This document shows, in pieces, positions 1-10,094 of a stretch of DNA of 64,000 nucleotides. Made by a program: the position numbers and the translations under genes. The DNA is from Candidatus Acidiferrales bacterium. GTDB lineage: Bacteria > Acidobacteriota > Terriglobia > Acidiferrales > UBA7541. Each line of letters starts with the position of its first letter. The stretch's first letter is position 1. The stretch covers positions 22,606-86,605 of the forward strand of contig DASZMG010000161.1 in the NCBI GenBank assembly GCA_035551975.1. The letters run 5' to 3'. The notes under the pieces are model-generated. The model had not been told where the DNA came from, did no database searches, and saw only the letters and a list, made by a program, of their open reading frames with translations.

Positions 1-81
1 TCCGTTGAATGCGAAAACGCCGATTTTCAGCTTATTGCGGTTGAAAAGGGGGTTGGTGGCGGAACGCGGGTCGAGATCCAT
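1..81 (-). CDS. 5' end (27 codons) of a gene running off the left edge; N-terminus resembles luciferase-like (LLM-class) flavin-dependent oxidoreductases
   Basis: Reverse-strand ATG at 79-81 reads MDLDPRSATNPLFNRNKLKIGVFAFNG in frame to the window edge. This NKLKIGVF-type start is typical of LLM-class enzymes. The fragment is too short to be certain. Confidence 0.3.
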   Translation of the reverse strand, partial: MDLDPRSATNPLFNRNKLKIGVFAFNG

Positions 82-87
82 TTTCAC

Positions 88-1785
88 CTAACGGATGCGA
101 AGTTCAAAAGGAACCCGCGCTTGCACTGGCTCCATCAGCCCGACAATCCGTCGGAGCGTTTCGTCGATCGAACGCGACTGCATCAGGTCGTTTCGTTCGC
201 GCTCGATTAACTGCTCGATCAGGCTTTTCTCTTCCGGGTACCGCACGATTCGCACCGATTGGCTCGCGGGAATGTGCGCCAGTTCCTTGGCCACGGCAAG
301 TGCGCGGTCGAACCCTCCGATTTCATCCACCAATCCAATATCTTTTCCCTGCTTCCCGGACCACTCGCGTCCCTTGCCGATTTTGTCGACAGCCTCGACG
401 CTCATCTTGCGCCCCTTGGCCACGCCTTCGGTGAATTGCGCGTACGTCTCGTTCAGCGATTTCTGGATGAATGCTTCCTGCTGTGGCGTGAAATTCTGCT
501 GGTCGGAAAAGAGCGTAGCGTTGTCGCTGGTGGCCACGTAATCGGTGCTCAAGCCGAGAAGATTATAGAGTCCGGAAAGATTCATTTTGCCGGTGAGTAC
601 GCCGATCGACCCGGTGATGGTGTTCGCATCGGCCACAATTTTCGCCGCCGGAGTGGCGATCCAGTATCCACCGGACGCCGCCACATCGGACATGGAAACA
701 ACTACGGGCTTTTGTCCCTGTGCCAGTTCCACTTCTCGCCGGATCACTTCGCTGCCGACAACCGAGCCGCCGCCGGAATCGATGCGCAGCACGATAGCCC
801 GCACACCGGAATCTTCACGCGCGTCGCGGATATCTCGCGCCACTGAATCGCCGCCCATCACGAATCCGCCGCCCGGTGTGGATTGCGATTCTCCCGACAC
901 AATTAATCCCGTTGCGTGCACCACCGCGATCTTCGGCCCGCTAATTCCGTCATCCTGCTCGGAGAAGTTTCGGTAGCGGCTCAGTGAGATCGGATTCCAG
1001 CCGTGATATTGCGACTTGAAGAAGTCCTGCACCTGGTCCCAATATCCCAGCCGGTCCACAATCCGGTCATTCACTGCGTCGCTCGACAGCAGCGGCCCGC
1101 TGTTCAGAAACGATTCGAACTTGGCGCGATCCATCCTGCGCGCTTCCGCCGCCCCATTCACGTACTGATCGTAAATGCTGCGCAGCACCGATTCGACTTC
1201 CTCGCGGTGCGGCGGAGTGAATTTCTTCTCCGTGAACATGTTAGTCGCGGTCTTGAATTCCGCGATGTGGTAGAACTCCGGAATAATTTTCAGCTTGTCC
1301 AGCGTGCCGCGCAGGAAGAGCGCTTCGGCCATCATGCCGCGAATGTCCACCGGGTTGGAGGGAACCAGCCACACCTTGTCGCAGGCGCTGGCCAGGTAAT
1401 ATTCGGGATTGCCGACGCCGTCGTAACCCAGATAGCAGATGCTGGGCTTACCGCTCGCGCGAAAATTCAAGAGATGCTGCCGGATCTCTTCGAGCTTGGC
1501 CCAGCCCGTCGAGAGCGGCGCGATTCGCACCACAATCCCTGTAATCCGCGAATCGTTTCGCGCCGAATCGATGGCATCGGTGTAATCGTGCAGCACCGGA
1601 ACGGAGTTGCCGGTCAGCGGACCGAAAAAGCTCGGTGGCACTTGCTCTTCAATCGAGCCTTCGGCATCGATCACCAGCACCGAGTTGGAAGCCAGGCGTT
1701 CCGGTTTCCAGGCCGCCCACAGCAACAGCACCACAAGAAGCAGCAGCACTCCGATTATAATCGCTCGCCGCTTACTCCACGTCAT
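88..1785 (-). CDS. sppA: signal peptide peptidase SppA, 67K type
   Basis: 565-aa ORF with an N-terminal TM anchor (IIIGVLLLLVVLLLWAAW) followed by two tandem ClpP-like SppA halves (SICYLGYDGVGNPEYYLASACDKVWL; VVSMSDVAASGGYWIATPAAKIVA). Confidence 0.9.
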   Translation of the reverse strand: MTWSKRRAIIIGVLLLLVVLLLWAAWKPERLASNSVLVIDAEGSIEEQVPPSFFGPLTGNSVPVLHDYTDAIDSARNDSRITGIVVRIAPLSTGWAKLEEIRQHLLNFRASGKPSICYLGYDGVGNPEYYLASACDKVWLVPSNPVDIRGMMAEALFLRGTLDKLKIIPEFYHIAEFKTATNMFTEKKFTPPHREEVESVLRSIYDQYVNGAAEARRMDRAKFESFLNSGPLLSSDAVNDRIVDRLGYWDQVQDFFKSQYHGWNPISLSRYRNFSEQDDGISGPKIAVVHATGLIVSGESQSTPGGGFVMGGDSVARDIRDAREDSGVRAIVLRIDSGGGSVVGSEVIRREVELAQGQKPVVVSMSDVAASGGYWIATPAAKIVADANTITGSIGVLTGKMNLSGLYNLLGLSTDYVATSDNATLFSDQQNFTPQQEAFIQKSLNETYAQFTEGVAKGRKMSVEAVDKIGKGREWSGKQGKDIGLVDEIGGFDRALAVAKELAHIPASQSVRIVRYPEEKSLIEQLIERERNDLMQSRSIDETLRRIVGLMEPVQARVPFELRIR

Positions 1786-1902
1786 GGCCCCTCACTTCGA
1801 ATCCGTCGCAAAGTGCCGTGCCCGATCACCGAATACTGATCGCTGAACGCTGGACGAATGTCGAACAAAAGTAGCACTCGGCAGGGGAAAAGACCACCGC
1901 GC

Positions 1903-2691
1903 CTATTTGTCCAAACGCACCACGAAAGTGATCAGTAATCCCGCATCTCGAAGTTGATCGGCCAGCGCGCGAGCGGCGGCCTCGGTGGGAAGGCGTCCCA
2001 CGCGTACGCGGTAGAAATGTCCGGTGGGAAGGTCGAACGGCACAGTGACCACAGGTGAGTATCGTTCCGTGAGCTGCGCCCTCAAGCGGTCGGCATTCCC
2101 CTGCATCTGGAACGCGCCTACTTGCACCGCAAAGAAACCCGTGTCGGGGTCCGGTCCTGACATCATTTCCAGGCGCACTTGCGCCGTGCCGGGTCCAACC
2201 ATTTCGAGGGCCTTTGCCGCGGAAAGCGAGAGATCGATGATCCGGTTCGCTACAAATGGGCCGCGATCGTTGATGCGGACCTGCGTTTGCAGGCCATTCG
2301 ACATGTTGGTGACGCGCACAACGGCATTAAACGGCAGCGTCCGATGTGCCGCGGTGAAATCGTGCATGTCGTAAATCTCGCCATCCGAAGTGCGGCGGCC
2401 GTTGAATGTCGGGCCGTACCACGACGCTACGCCTTCTTCTACGTATTCACCGGGCCTGGCAGTCTGGCCCTCAATTGCGGGCGGGGGACCCGATGCCGAA
2501 CTAGGCGCAGGTTGTCCCGCAACGGAAGGCTGCGGAACGGGAGCAGGAGCTTGAGTTTGGTAGGTGCGGTGCCCGCATCCGGCGGCGAAAATCGTGCAAC
2601 ACAGCAGAATTGACAACTGCAGGCACGTGCGGTTTCGCTTGCTGCTAAGACACGTTCGCTTTGGATTTTGAGCCGCTACGTCGCCCTTCAC
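1903..2691 (-). CDS. rlpA: septal ring lytic transglycosylase RlpA family lipoprotein with C-terminal SPOR domain
   Basis: Lipobox FAAGC. DPBB motif ASWYGPTFNGRRTSDGEIYD...RINDRGPF. C-terminal FAVQVGAFQMQGNADRLRAQL is SPOR-like. GTG start. Confidence 0.85.
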   Translation of the reverse strand: MKGDVAAQNPKRTCLSSKRNRTCLQLSILLCCTIFAAGCGHRTYQTQAPAPVPQPSVAGQPAPSSASGPPPAIEGQTARPGEYVEEGVASWYGPTFNGRRTSDGEIYDMHDFTAAHRTLPFNAVVRVTNMSNGLQTQVRINDRGPFVANRIIDLSLSAAKALEMVGPGTAQVRLEMMSGPDPDTGFFAVQVGAFQMQGNADRLRAQLTERYSPVVTVPFDLPTGHFYRVRVGRLPTEAAARALADQLRDAGLLITFVVRLDK

Positions 2692-2785
2692 TCGCCATCC
2701 CGATTCATTTGCTGGCCTTCATTTTTCTGTATGATAGAAGCGAAATAATTATAGAACGCATCTTCGTGCTCGCAAGGACATCCGA

Positions 2786-3790
2786 TTGCCACTTTCCCCT
2801 CAACAACGCTGGAAGCTGGACCGTTTTCGCCGGAAGGTGAGCGGATTTTTCGGCGGCCCGCGCGAAGAGCAGCAACCTCGCCCCAAGCTGTGCCCAAACT
2901 GCGGCACCCTCGTCGGTCCGGGCGCCACTCATTGTTATCAGTGTGGCGCAAGCATGACCTTTTCCATGGCCGCCGCCAGCAAGTCGCTCGGACGCCTGCT
3001 TCCCCAAACCTCGCCCGCCACCTACGCCATTCTCGGCCTCAGCTGCCTGATCTATCTGCTCAGCCTCGTCTGGACCATGCGCATGTCCGGACTACAGCAG
3101 CCCAGCGGCGGAGCTTTCGGAATGCTGAACAGTCTAGGCGGAATCAACGGAGAAGTTTTGCAGCGCCTCGGCGCGTCGCTTCCCCTGGCCTACAATCTCC
3201 AGGAGCCATGGCGTTTTGTCATGGCTATTTTTCTGCACGGCGGCCTTCTCCACATCGGATTCAACATGTGGGTGCTGATGGACATCGGGCCGCAGATTGA
3301 GGAGTTATACGGCTCGGCGCGCTACTTTTTCATTTATGTGATCACCGGCATCGGTGGGTATGTGGTCAGCAGTGTTTCCGGACATTTCAGCGTGGGCGGT
3401 TCAGGGGCGCTGCTTGGGCTGATCGGAATTTTGCTGGCGATTACCACCGGGCGGCGGAGCGCTGGCATGCGAATGCTGCGCCAGCAAATCATTCGCTGGC
3501 TCATCTACATTCTCGTGTGGGGTTTGCTGTTTCCCGGAATCGACAACATGGCCCACCTGGGTGGACTGGCCACTGGGTTTCTGCTGGGGAAAATCATGAT
3601 GGATCGGCCTCCACTGAGCCCCGAAGAACGAAAGAAAGCCTATGCCATGGGCTGGGTTGCTGCGCTGCTGGTTGCGGCCAGCTTCGCCATGGTCGTCTAC
3701 ATCAACGTGCACGTCAGCTCAGATCAAACCGTAATTTCAGCTCCCGGCATGCAACTGCCGCGACACGGTAATGCTGTAATGAAGACCTGA
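2786..3790 (+). CDS. rhomboid family intramembrane serine protease with N-terminal zinc-ribbon
   Basis: CPNCG...CYQCG ribbon, then multi-TM core with HGGLLHIGFNMWVL, catalytic GGSGALLGLIG and HLGGLATGFLLG. The start (TTG at 2786) is uncertain. Confidence 0.85.
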   Translation: MPLSPQQRWKLDRFRRKVSGFFGGPREEQQPRPKLCPNCGTLVGPGATHCYQCGASMTFSMAAASKSLGRLLPQTSPATYAILGLSCLIYLLSLVWTMRMSGLQQPSGGAFGMLNSLGGINGEVLQRLGASLPLAYNLQEPWRFVMAIFLHGGLLHIGFNMWVLMDIGPQIEELYGSARYFFIYVITGIGGYVVSSVSGHFSVGGSGALLGLIGILLAITTGRRSAGMRMLRQQIIRWLIYILVWGLLFPGIDNMAHLGGLATGFLLGKIMMDRPPLSPEERKKAYAMGWVAALLVAASFAMVVYINVHVSSDQTVISAPGMQLPRHGNAVMKT

Positions 3791-4291
3791 GATCACCACC
3801 AGCGCTGCGACAAACCCCGAGCAGATCATCCGCAAGTCCCCGATGAAGCGGTTCTCCCATACCGCCAGCAACAGCACGAGAAACACCATGGAAAGCTCGA
3901 AGAACGTAGCGGCCTTGCCCCACACGCTCGGCGGAAAGGGCCGGTAGCCAACCACGATCAGAATCACCGCGGACGCTATTAGCAGCAAAACGTCGCGGCC
4001 AAGAACCAGAATCGCCAGCCACCAGCCGATCTTTCCTTTCAGCGCCAGCACGAAATAGGACGATGAAAGCAGCAGTTTGTCCGCAATCGGATCGAGATAA
4101 GCGCCGATTGGCGATTTCTGATTCAAACTGCGTGCCAAAAATCCATCGAGCAGGTCGCTGAAGCCCGCGATCACAAAGATGGCCATGGCCACGGCGTAAT
4201 TGTCGTACTTGATGGCGATGATGAAGAACGGCAGAAAGGCCAGACGCAGAAAGGTAAGCTGATTGGGAACGGTAAAGATTCGGCGTTTCAT
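3737..4291 (-). CDS. pgsA: CDP-alcohol phosphatidyltransferase (phosphatidylglycerophosphate synthase-like)
   Basis: 184 aa, multi-TM, with the CDP-alcohol transferase motif DLLDGFLARSLNQKSPIGAYLDPIADKLL. Confidence 0.8.
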   Translation of the reverse strand: MKRRIFTVPNQLTFLRLAFLPFFIIAIKYDNYAVAMAIFVIAGFSDLLDGFLARSLNQKSPIGAYLDPIADKLLLSSSYFVLALKGKIGWWLAILVLGRDVLLLIASAVILIVVGYRPFPPSVWGKAATFFELSMVFLVLLLAVWENRFIGDLRMICSGFVAALVVISGLHYSITVSRQLHAGS

Positions 4292-4322
4292 ATTTTCTTC
4301 CGGCAGACTGCGAGAAAAACCC

Positions 4323-4631
4323 TCAGGCGAACTGCTCGAGATAGCTGGCCAGCGAGCGCCCTACTCTTTTCTCGAACGATTCGGACATCGAAGGAATCGA
4401 GCCGCGCGCCTCATCCAGCGCGATGCGCTCGATGCGCAACATCGGGAAAAATAAAGTGGGCAGGCCGATGCGGTCGCCCTCTGGATGCAGCACCTGGCTC
4501 ACAAAATCGTCGAACGAGCTCAGATCGATTCCGCGCACCGTTGCGCCTGCACTGGAAATATCCACCAGCTCGCCCCAGATGCGTTCCTTGGGGCTGTGCA
4601 GGCTCACTACGACAATTGAGTGCGGCTCCAT
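4323..4631 (-). CDS. small hypothetical protein, PilZ-like C-terminal motif
   Basis: Start taken at the internal MEPHSIVVV. Contains ELVDISSAGATVRG (DxSxxG-like), but no RxxxR motif is visible. Confidence 0.45.
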   Translation of the reverse strand: MEPHSIVVVSLHSPKERIWGELVDISSAGATVRGIDLSSFDDFVSQVLHPEGDRIGLPTLFFPMLRIERIALDEARGSIPSMSESFEKRVGRSLASYLEQFA

Positions 4632-4751
4632 TTTCCCGTCCGGCGCTCTCTGAGTTAGCTGGCTATCAAAATGTTGTTTCGAATAATGGTACCGCAAGCT
4701 CCGCGACGGTGCCACGGTTGCGACGCGCAACGATTCGCCCGGCGAACTGCC

Positions 4752-5417
4752 TTAGACCGCGATCGTTTGCAGATGCGGCGCAAGCTGCAGTTTGGGCTCG
4801 GTGGCTTTTTGCACATCCTCGGGCGTTACCCCGGCGGCCACCTCGCGCAGCAGCAGCCCTTGCGGCGTCACTTCGATCACGGCAAGTTCGGTGACGATCA
4901 GATTCACTACGCCCACTCCGGTGAGCGGCAGGCTGCATTTCTTTACAATTTTATATTCGCCATCCTTAGTGGTGTGTTCCATGGCGATGATCACGCGCTT
5001 TGCGCCCGCAACCAGATCCATCGCTCCGCCCATGCCCTTGAGCATTTTTCCGGGAATGGCCCAGTTCGCGAGATTGCCCTTTTCGTCCACTTGCAGCGCG
5101 CCGAGCACGGTAACGTCTACATGCCCGCCGCGAATCATGGCGAAAGAATCGGCGCTCGAGAAGTACGCCGAGCCGGGAATTTCCGTGATGGTTTCCTTGC
5201 CCGCGTTCACCAGATCGGCGTCCTCATCGCCTTCGTAAGGATAAGGACCGACGCCGAGCATGCCGTTCTCCGATTGCATCACCACTTCCACGCCTGGAGG
5301 CAGAAAATTGGGAATCAGTGTGGGCAAGCCGATGCCGAGGTTGACGTAAAACCCGTCCTTCATTTCCTGCGCCACGCGGCGCGCGATGATTTCGCGTTTA
5401 TCGGTTTGGGGTGACAC
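4752..5417 (-). CDS. scoB: 3-oxoacid CoA-transferase subunit B
   Basis: 221 aa. [27 protein letters not shown] and [12 protein letters not shown] are typical of the class I CoA-transferase beta subunit. Confidence 0.9.
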   Translation of the reverse strand: MSPQTDKREIIARRVAQEMKDGFYVNLGIGLPTLIPNFLPPGVEVVMQSENGMLGVGPYPYEGDEDADLVNAGKETITEIPGSAYFSSADSFAMIRGGHVDVTVLGALQVDEKGNLANWAIPGKMLKGMGGAMDLVAGAKRVIIAMEHTTKDGEYKIVKKCSLPLTGVGVVNLIVTELAVIEVTPQGLLLREVAAGVTPEDVQKATEPKLQLAPHLQTIAV

Positions 5418-5426
5418 GTTTGCCTC

Positions 5427-6137
5427 CTAGCTGGCCTGCTGCAGCCGCTTGCGCACAGTGCGAATTTCGATGGGCTTCTCGTAGCGCTCGCCTTTGAAAA
5501 TCGCATCCACGTAAATGCTGGGCGTGTGAATATTGTTCGGATCAAGCGATCCCAACTCGACGAGTTCTTCCACTTCGGCGATCACGTAATCGGCAGCGGT
5601 GGCCATCACCGCGTTGTAATTGCGAGCTGTTTTTCGATAGATCAGGTTTCCCCAGCGATCGCCCTTCCACGCTTTCACGAAGGCGACGTCGCCGCGCAGC
5701 GTGGGCACCAGAATGTGCGGGCGCCCATGGAACTCGCGGACTTCCTTGCCTTCCGCCGCCAGCGTGCCGTAACCGGTCGGCGTGAAGAACGCCGGAATGC
5801 CCGCGCCGCCGGAGCGAATGCGCTCCGCCAAAGTGCCCTGCGGATTCAGTTCCAGATCGATTTCGCCCTTGAGCGCGAGCTGCTCGAAAGTTTTATTTCC
5901 GCCGACAAAGCTCGCGATCATCTTCTTCACTTGGTTGTTCTTCAGCAGCAGGTCGATACCGTAGCCCGCGATGCCGGCGTTGTTCGACACAACGGTAAGA
6001 TTTTTGGTCCCCTTGTTGCACAGCGCGCGAATCAGGTTTTCCGGGACCCCGGCGGCGCCGAAACCGCCCATTAATATGGTTGCGCCGTCGGAAATCTTCG
6101 AAACAGCCGCTTCGGCGCCCGCTACTCGCTTGTCCAT
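5427..6137 (-). CDS. scoA: 3-oxoacid CoA-transferase subunit A
   Basis: Start taken at the internal MDKRVAGAEAAVSKISDGATILMGGFG (ATG at 6135-6137). The 61-codon upstream extension in the ORF track looks non-coding. Adjacent to subunit B. Confidence 0.9.
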   Translation of the reverse strand: MDKRVAGAEAAVSKISDGATILMGGFGAAGVPENLIRALCNKGTKNLTVVSNNAGIAGYGIDLLLKNNQVKKMIASFVGGNKTFEQLALKGEIDLELNPQGTLAERIRSGGAGIPAFFTPTGYGTLAAEGKEVREFHGRPHILVPTLRGDVAFVKAWKGDRWGNLIYRKTARNYNAVMATAADYVIAEVEELVELGSLDPNNIHTPSIYVDAIFKGERYEKPIEIRTVRKRLQQAS

Positions 6138-6189
6138 CTCTTCACTTTTCCTTCGATTTTCGGCCTGGGCGCACCCTGAAAATGTGTGT

Positions 6190-6245
6190 CGAGATAGATT
6201 GGGCGCGTTTCTTTGTTTTCTGTAACTTACGGGGAATCTATCTCG
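6190..6245 (-). promoter_or_regulatory. perfect 11-bp inverted repeat (CGAGATAGATT-N34-AATCTATCTCG) in the scoAB upstream/leader region
   Basis: Arms at 6190-6200 and 6235-6245 are exact reverse complements. The element lies 53-108 nt upstream of the scoA ATG and has a T-rich spacer. Confidence 0.4.
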
Positions 6246-6437
6246 GCAGGCCTGTCGACTTAGACTGCCCTTCTGCTGCCTCTGCCTATTCCCACCGCCG
6301 CCTAATTCGTGCTGCGACAATCTTAGGAAGAAACGCAGCGGAGCGCAAGCGGGCGTTGTGGCCGGCTAAAGTCCCGCCGCGACGAAAATTGTCACGCGCA
6401 GAGCGGTTGGGGAGCGCAGGTTTTGCGGCGAGGCTTT

Positions 6438-7316
6438 TTAGCGAGTGGCTGCTTTCAAAGCGCGGATGAGTTCGGCCACTGCCGAGGCAGCGGCATCCAC
6501 GGAAAGATTCGCTTTGGCGGATTTTTCCACTTCGGCGACGAGCGCCGAACCGACCACAGCGGCGTCGGCCACTCCCGCCAGGGATGAGACATGCGCCGGC
6601 TGCGAAATGCCGAATCCCACCGCAATGGGCAACGGCGTAAAGTGGCGAACGCGCCGCACCAGGGCGGGCAATTCCTCGGGCAAGGAATCGCGCGTTCCGG
6701 TGACGCCCGTGCGCGAAATCAAGTAAACGAAACCACTCGAGCACGCAGCGATTTGTTTCAGCCGCGCGTCGGTAGAGGTGGGAGCGCCCAGGAAAATGGT
6801 GTCGAGCTGATGCGCGCGAAGGATGCGGCAATAATCGGCCGACTCCTCGGTAGTCATGTCCGTGGCGAGAACCCCATCAATGCCCGCGCTCGCGGCAGCC
6901 TGAGCGAACTTCTCCAACCCCATCTGCAGAATGGGATTGAAATAGCTGAACAGTACGAAGGGAACCTCGGTGCGCTTGCGGAGCCGCGCGGCCAAGTCGA
7001 GAACGCCGGCGAGTGTGGTGCCGCTCGAAAGTGCGCGTTCGCTAGCGCGCTGAATGGTCGGGCCGTCGGCAACCGGGTCGCTGAACGGCACGCCAAGCTC
7101 GATCACATCCGCGCCTGCTTCTGCCGCCGCGAGAATGATTTCTTCCGAAGTTTCGAGATTTGGATCGCCCGCCGTGAGATAGGCGACCAAGCCGAGTTGG
7201 CGATTCTTGCTCAGTTCAGCGAAGCGGCTGGCGATGCGGCTTTTCGCATGGGAACCTGAAGAGTTCGTCGCGCGGTTCTGGCTTTGTGCGAAGGAAGCGG
7301 AAGTGGCGTCAGACAT
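6438..7316 (-). CDS. trpA: tryptophan synthase alpha chain
   Basis: [47 protein letters not shown] is a TrpA signature. Overlaps the trpB stop by 8 nt. Confidence 0.95.
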   Translation of the reverse strand: MSDATSASFAQSQNRATNSSGSHAKSRIASRFAELSKNRQLGLVAYLTAGDPNLETSEEIILAAAEAGADVIELGVPFSDPVADGPTIQRASERALSSGTTLAGVLDLAARLRKRTEVPFVLFSYFNPILQMGLEKFAQAAASAGIDGVLATDMTTEESADYCRILRAHQLDTIFLGAPTSTDARLKQIAACSSGFVYLISRTGVTGTRDSLPEELPALVRRVRHFTPLPIAVGFGISQPAHVSSLAGVADAAVVGSALVAEVEKSAKANLSVDAAASAVAELIRALKAATR

Positions 7317-8520
7317 GGCGTGAGAGAAAATCCATATCTTTGTCGCCGCGTCCGGACAAATTGAAGATGACGATTTCGGATTTTTTCATTTTAGGCGCGC
7401 GCCGCAATAGCTCGCCGAGCGCGTGCGAGGATTCAAGCGCGGGAATAATTCCTTCCTTGCGTGCCAGGGTTTTCGCCGCGTCGATCGCGACCTCGTCGCC
7501 AATGGCCGTATATTTCGCGCGGCCAATTTCAGCCAGCCAGGCATGCTCGGGACCGACAGCCGGATAATCGAGGCCGGCCGAAACAGAATGCGTGGTGGAA
7601 ATTTGGCCGTCGGGCGTTTGAAGAACGTAGGTGTAAGTGCCTTGCAGCACGCCAGGTTTGGCTCCTGAAAAGCCTTCCGCGGCAGCGAGGCGGGAGGCGT
7701 GTTCGCCGAGAACTTTTCCGCGTCCACCGGCTTCCACGCCGACCATTTTTACGCCGCTGTCGCCGAGGAAAGCGTGAAACAAGCCTATGGCATTCGATCC
7801 GCCGCCCACGCAAGCAAAAAGATAGTCGGGGAGGCGCCCTTCGGCTTCGAGAATTTGCCTGCGCGCTTCTTCGCCGATGATTTTGTGAAAGTCGCGCACG
7901 ATTTGCGGGTAAGGATGCGCACCCAGCACGGAGCCGAGAAGATAATGCGTGCTCTGGACGTTGGTAACCCAGTCACGCATGGCCTCATTGATAGCGTCCT
8001 TCAGAGTGCGGCTGCCGGAATCGACTCCGACAACTTCGGCGCCAAGCAGCCTCATGCGAAACACGTTGAGGCGCTGGCGTTCCATATCCTCGGTGCCCAT
8101 GTAGACGGTGCAGGAAAGGCCGAGTAGCGCCGCGACGGTCGCCGTGGCGACGCCATGCTGGCCCGCGCCCGTTTCGGCAATCACGCGCTTCTTGCCCATG
8201 CGCGCGGCCAGCAAACCCTGGCCGAGGCAATTATTGATTTTGTGCGAGCCGGTGTGCAGGAGGTCTTCGCGCTTGATGTAAATTTTCGGCCCGCCACACT
8301 GTTCTGTTAAGCGCGAAGCAAATTGCAGCGGAGTGGGCCGGCCGGCGAAATCGTGAAGCAGCTTTGCGAGCTGCGCTTGAAATTTCGGGTCACTACTCGC
8401 GTCGGCGTAGGCGCGCTCGAGTTCCTCGAGCGGCGCCATCAATGTTTCGGGAACGTAGCGGCCGCCGTAGGGGCCATAGCGTCCTTTCGTGTCCGGTACA
8501 ACTTGTGTGGCGGAACTCAT
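7309..8520 (-). CDS. trpB: tryptophan synthase beta chain
   Basis: Start at [25 protein letters not shown] (ATG at 8518-8520), giving an ATGA overlap with the trpF stop. PLP-site context HTGSHKINN. Confidence 0.95.
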   Translation of the reverse strand: MSSATQVVPDTKGRYGPYGGRYVPETLMAPLEELERAYADASSDPKFQAQLAKLLHDFAGRPTPLQFASRLTEQCGGPKIYIKREDLLHTGSHKINNCLGQGLLAARMGKKRVIAETGAGQHGVATATVAALLGLSCTVYMGTEDMERQRLNVFRMRLLGAEVVGVDSGSRTLKDAINEAMRDWVTNVQSTHYLLGSVLGAHPYPQIVRDFHKIIGEEARRQILEAEGRLPDYLFACVGGGSNAIGLFHAFLGDSGVKMVGVEAGGRGKVLGEHASRLAAAEGFSGAKPGVLQGTYTYVLQTPDGQISTTHSVSAGLDYPAVGPEHAWLAEIGRAKYTAIGDEVAIDAAKTLARKEGIIPALESSHALGELLRRAPKMKKSEIVIFNLSGRGDKDMDFLSRHV

Positions 8521-9179
8521 TTTGAACCTTTCCGTGCTTTTTCCACTTCGCGCATGAAAGCTTTCAATCGCTTGGGATCTTTCTTGCCTGGCTTCGATTC
8601 CACGCCGCTGCAAACATCCACGGCGTAGGGCTTCGCCGTACGAATGGCCTGCGCAACATTCTCCGGCGTGATGCCCCCCGCCAGAAAAAATTTTGCGCCG
8701 CGCCGCGCGCGCTCCGCGATGCGCCAGTCGAACGTGTGCCCGGTGCCGCCCCATTGCCTGGCATCGAAGCCGTCGAGCAAAAGCGCGCTGGCATGCTTGA
8801 AACGCGCAAGGTTCGCTGGCCGGAAAGATTTTTTCACGCGCACTGCTTTAATCACCGGCAGCGAACGGCCCAACCGCTGCACTGCCGCCGGAGATTCTTC
8901 TCCGTGAAGCTGCACGCGGTCGAGTCCAACAGATTCCGCGATCTCCAGCATCTTTTGTTCGCTTTCGTTCACGAACACACCGACGGAAGCTACATTTTTG
9001 GGTAGGCGGCGCACGATGAGCCGCGCCTTGGCAGGCGTGACGTAGCGTGGGCTGCCCGCATAAAAGTTGAAGCCGAGAAAATCGGCGCCTGCGTTGATCG
9101 CACGCCGCGCATCCGGCCAGTTGGTGATGCCGCAGATTTTCACTTTCACTTTGAGCGATTTCGCCATGGTATCGCTCAC
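8517..9179 (-). CDS. trpF: phosphoribosylanthranilate isomerase
   Basis: [35 protein letters not shown] is a TrpF signature. Located in the trp operon. Confidence 0.9.
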   Translation of the reverse strand: MSDTMAKSLKVKVKICGITNWPDARRAINAGADFLGFNFYAGSPRYVTPAKARLIVRRLPKNVASVGVFVNESEQKMLEIAESVGLDRVQLHGEESPAAVQRLGRSLPVIKAVRVKKSFRPANLARFKHASALLLDGFDARQWGGTGHTFDWRIAERARRGAKFFLAGGITPENVAQAIRTAKPYAVDVCSGVESKPGKKDPKRLKAFMREVEKARKGSK

Positions 9180-9991
9180 TCCGAGTGCCCGTTGTCGCCG
9201 CCGGCAATCAATTGGCGCAGCGGCTCGCCGGGATCTTCCGATTTCATGACCGTTTCGCCGATCAGAAAGGCGTCAAAGCCCGCGGCACGAAGGCGAGCGA
9301 GATCGGCGTGCGAATTCAGTCCCGATTCGCTGACGGCGATGCAATCGTCCGGGATAAATTCAATCAATTCGAGCGAGGTTTCCAGGCGCACTTCGAAATT
9401 GCGCAGATCGCGGTTGTTCACGCCCACGATTTTCGCCCCGACAGCCAAAATGCGGTCCAACTCCACGCGCGAGTGAACTTCGACCAGCGCCTCCATTTTC
9501 AGGGACCGGCCAAGTTCCAGAAGCTCACGCAAAGTGGCGTCGTCGAGAGCGGCGGCGATCAAAAGAAAAGTATCCGCGCCGGCCGCGCGCGCTTCCCATA
9601 CCTGCCAGGGATCGATAATGAAGTCTTTGCGGAGGATGGGAATGTGAGTGACTTTTTTTACTTCCTTGAGGTGGACAAGCGAACCGAGAAAAAATTCCTC
9701 TTCGGTGAGCACGGAGAGCGCGGCGGCGCCAGCGGCTTCGAGTTTCGGCGCAAGGAGCGAGGGCATGTAGTGCTCGCGAATTACGCCGCGCGAAGGCGAA
9801 GCTTTTTTCAGTTCGGCGATGATGTTGAAGTTGCTCCGTGTTAGCGCGGACGCGACATCGCGCGGCGGCTCCGCTTTTTGCACGGCGATTTTCAAAGCCA
9901 CATCGGGCAGCACCCGCTTCCGGTGCGCCACCGATTCGCGGCGCGCGTCGACAATCTTGTCGAGGATGGTTTTTTCGCGTGTGGCAGCCAT
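9176..9991 (-). CDS. trpC: indole-3-glycerol phosphate synthase
   Basis: IIAELKKASPSRGVIR, ALSVLTEEEFFLGS and GVNNRDLRNFEV are TrpC signatures. 4-nt overlap with trpF. Confidence 0.95.
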   Translation of the reverse strand: MAATREKTILDKIVDARRESVAHRKRVLPDVALKIAVQKAEPPRDVASALTRSNFNIIAELKKASPSRGVIREHYMPSLLAPKLEAAGAAALSVLTEEEFFLGSLVHLKEVKKVTHIPILRKDFIIDPWQVWEARAAGADTFLLIAAALDDATLRELLELGRSLKMEALVEVHSRVELDRILAVGAKIVGVNNRDLRNFEVRLETSLELIEFIPDDCIAVSESGLNSHADLARLRAAGFDAFLIGETVMKSEDPGEPLRQLIAGGDNGHSE

Positions 9992-10094
9992 GGGCAGAGT
10001 TGTCGCCAGTCCGGTTAGAAAGGGTACTGCTCAGTTTACCCTGAGCGCTTTCGTTCGTGGTTCAGAAAGATGCCGGCAGCCGCCCGGTTGCAAA

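Noticed and set aside
1003-1839. 278-aa ORF on the plus strand, antisense to sppA. Other long antisense ORFs of the same kind are 22350-23222(-), 42215-43072(-), 45290-46105(-), 45316-46410(+), 53085-54170(-), 55457-56440(-) and 61682-62671(+).
   Set aside because: Each lies fully inside a gene on the opposite strand that has clear family motifs. Their translations are Arg/Gly/Ala/Pro-rich with no motifs, which is typical of shadow ORFs in GC-rich DNA.
7309-8754. N-terminal extensions in the ORF track: trpB to 8754, scoA to 6320, hslU from 48522, cheY from 26373, the substrate-binding protein from 14077, the hydrolase to 47650, and the UDG from 11239.
   Set aside because: The extensions overlap the preceding gene or read as low-complexity Arg-rich sequence. 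Internal starts give canonical N-termini, signal peptides or 4-nt ATGA coupling with the upstream stop.
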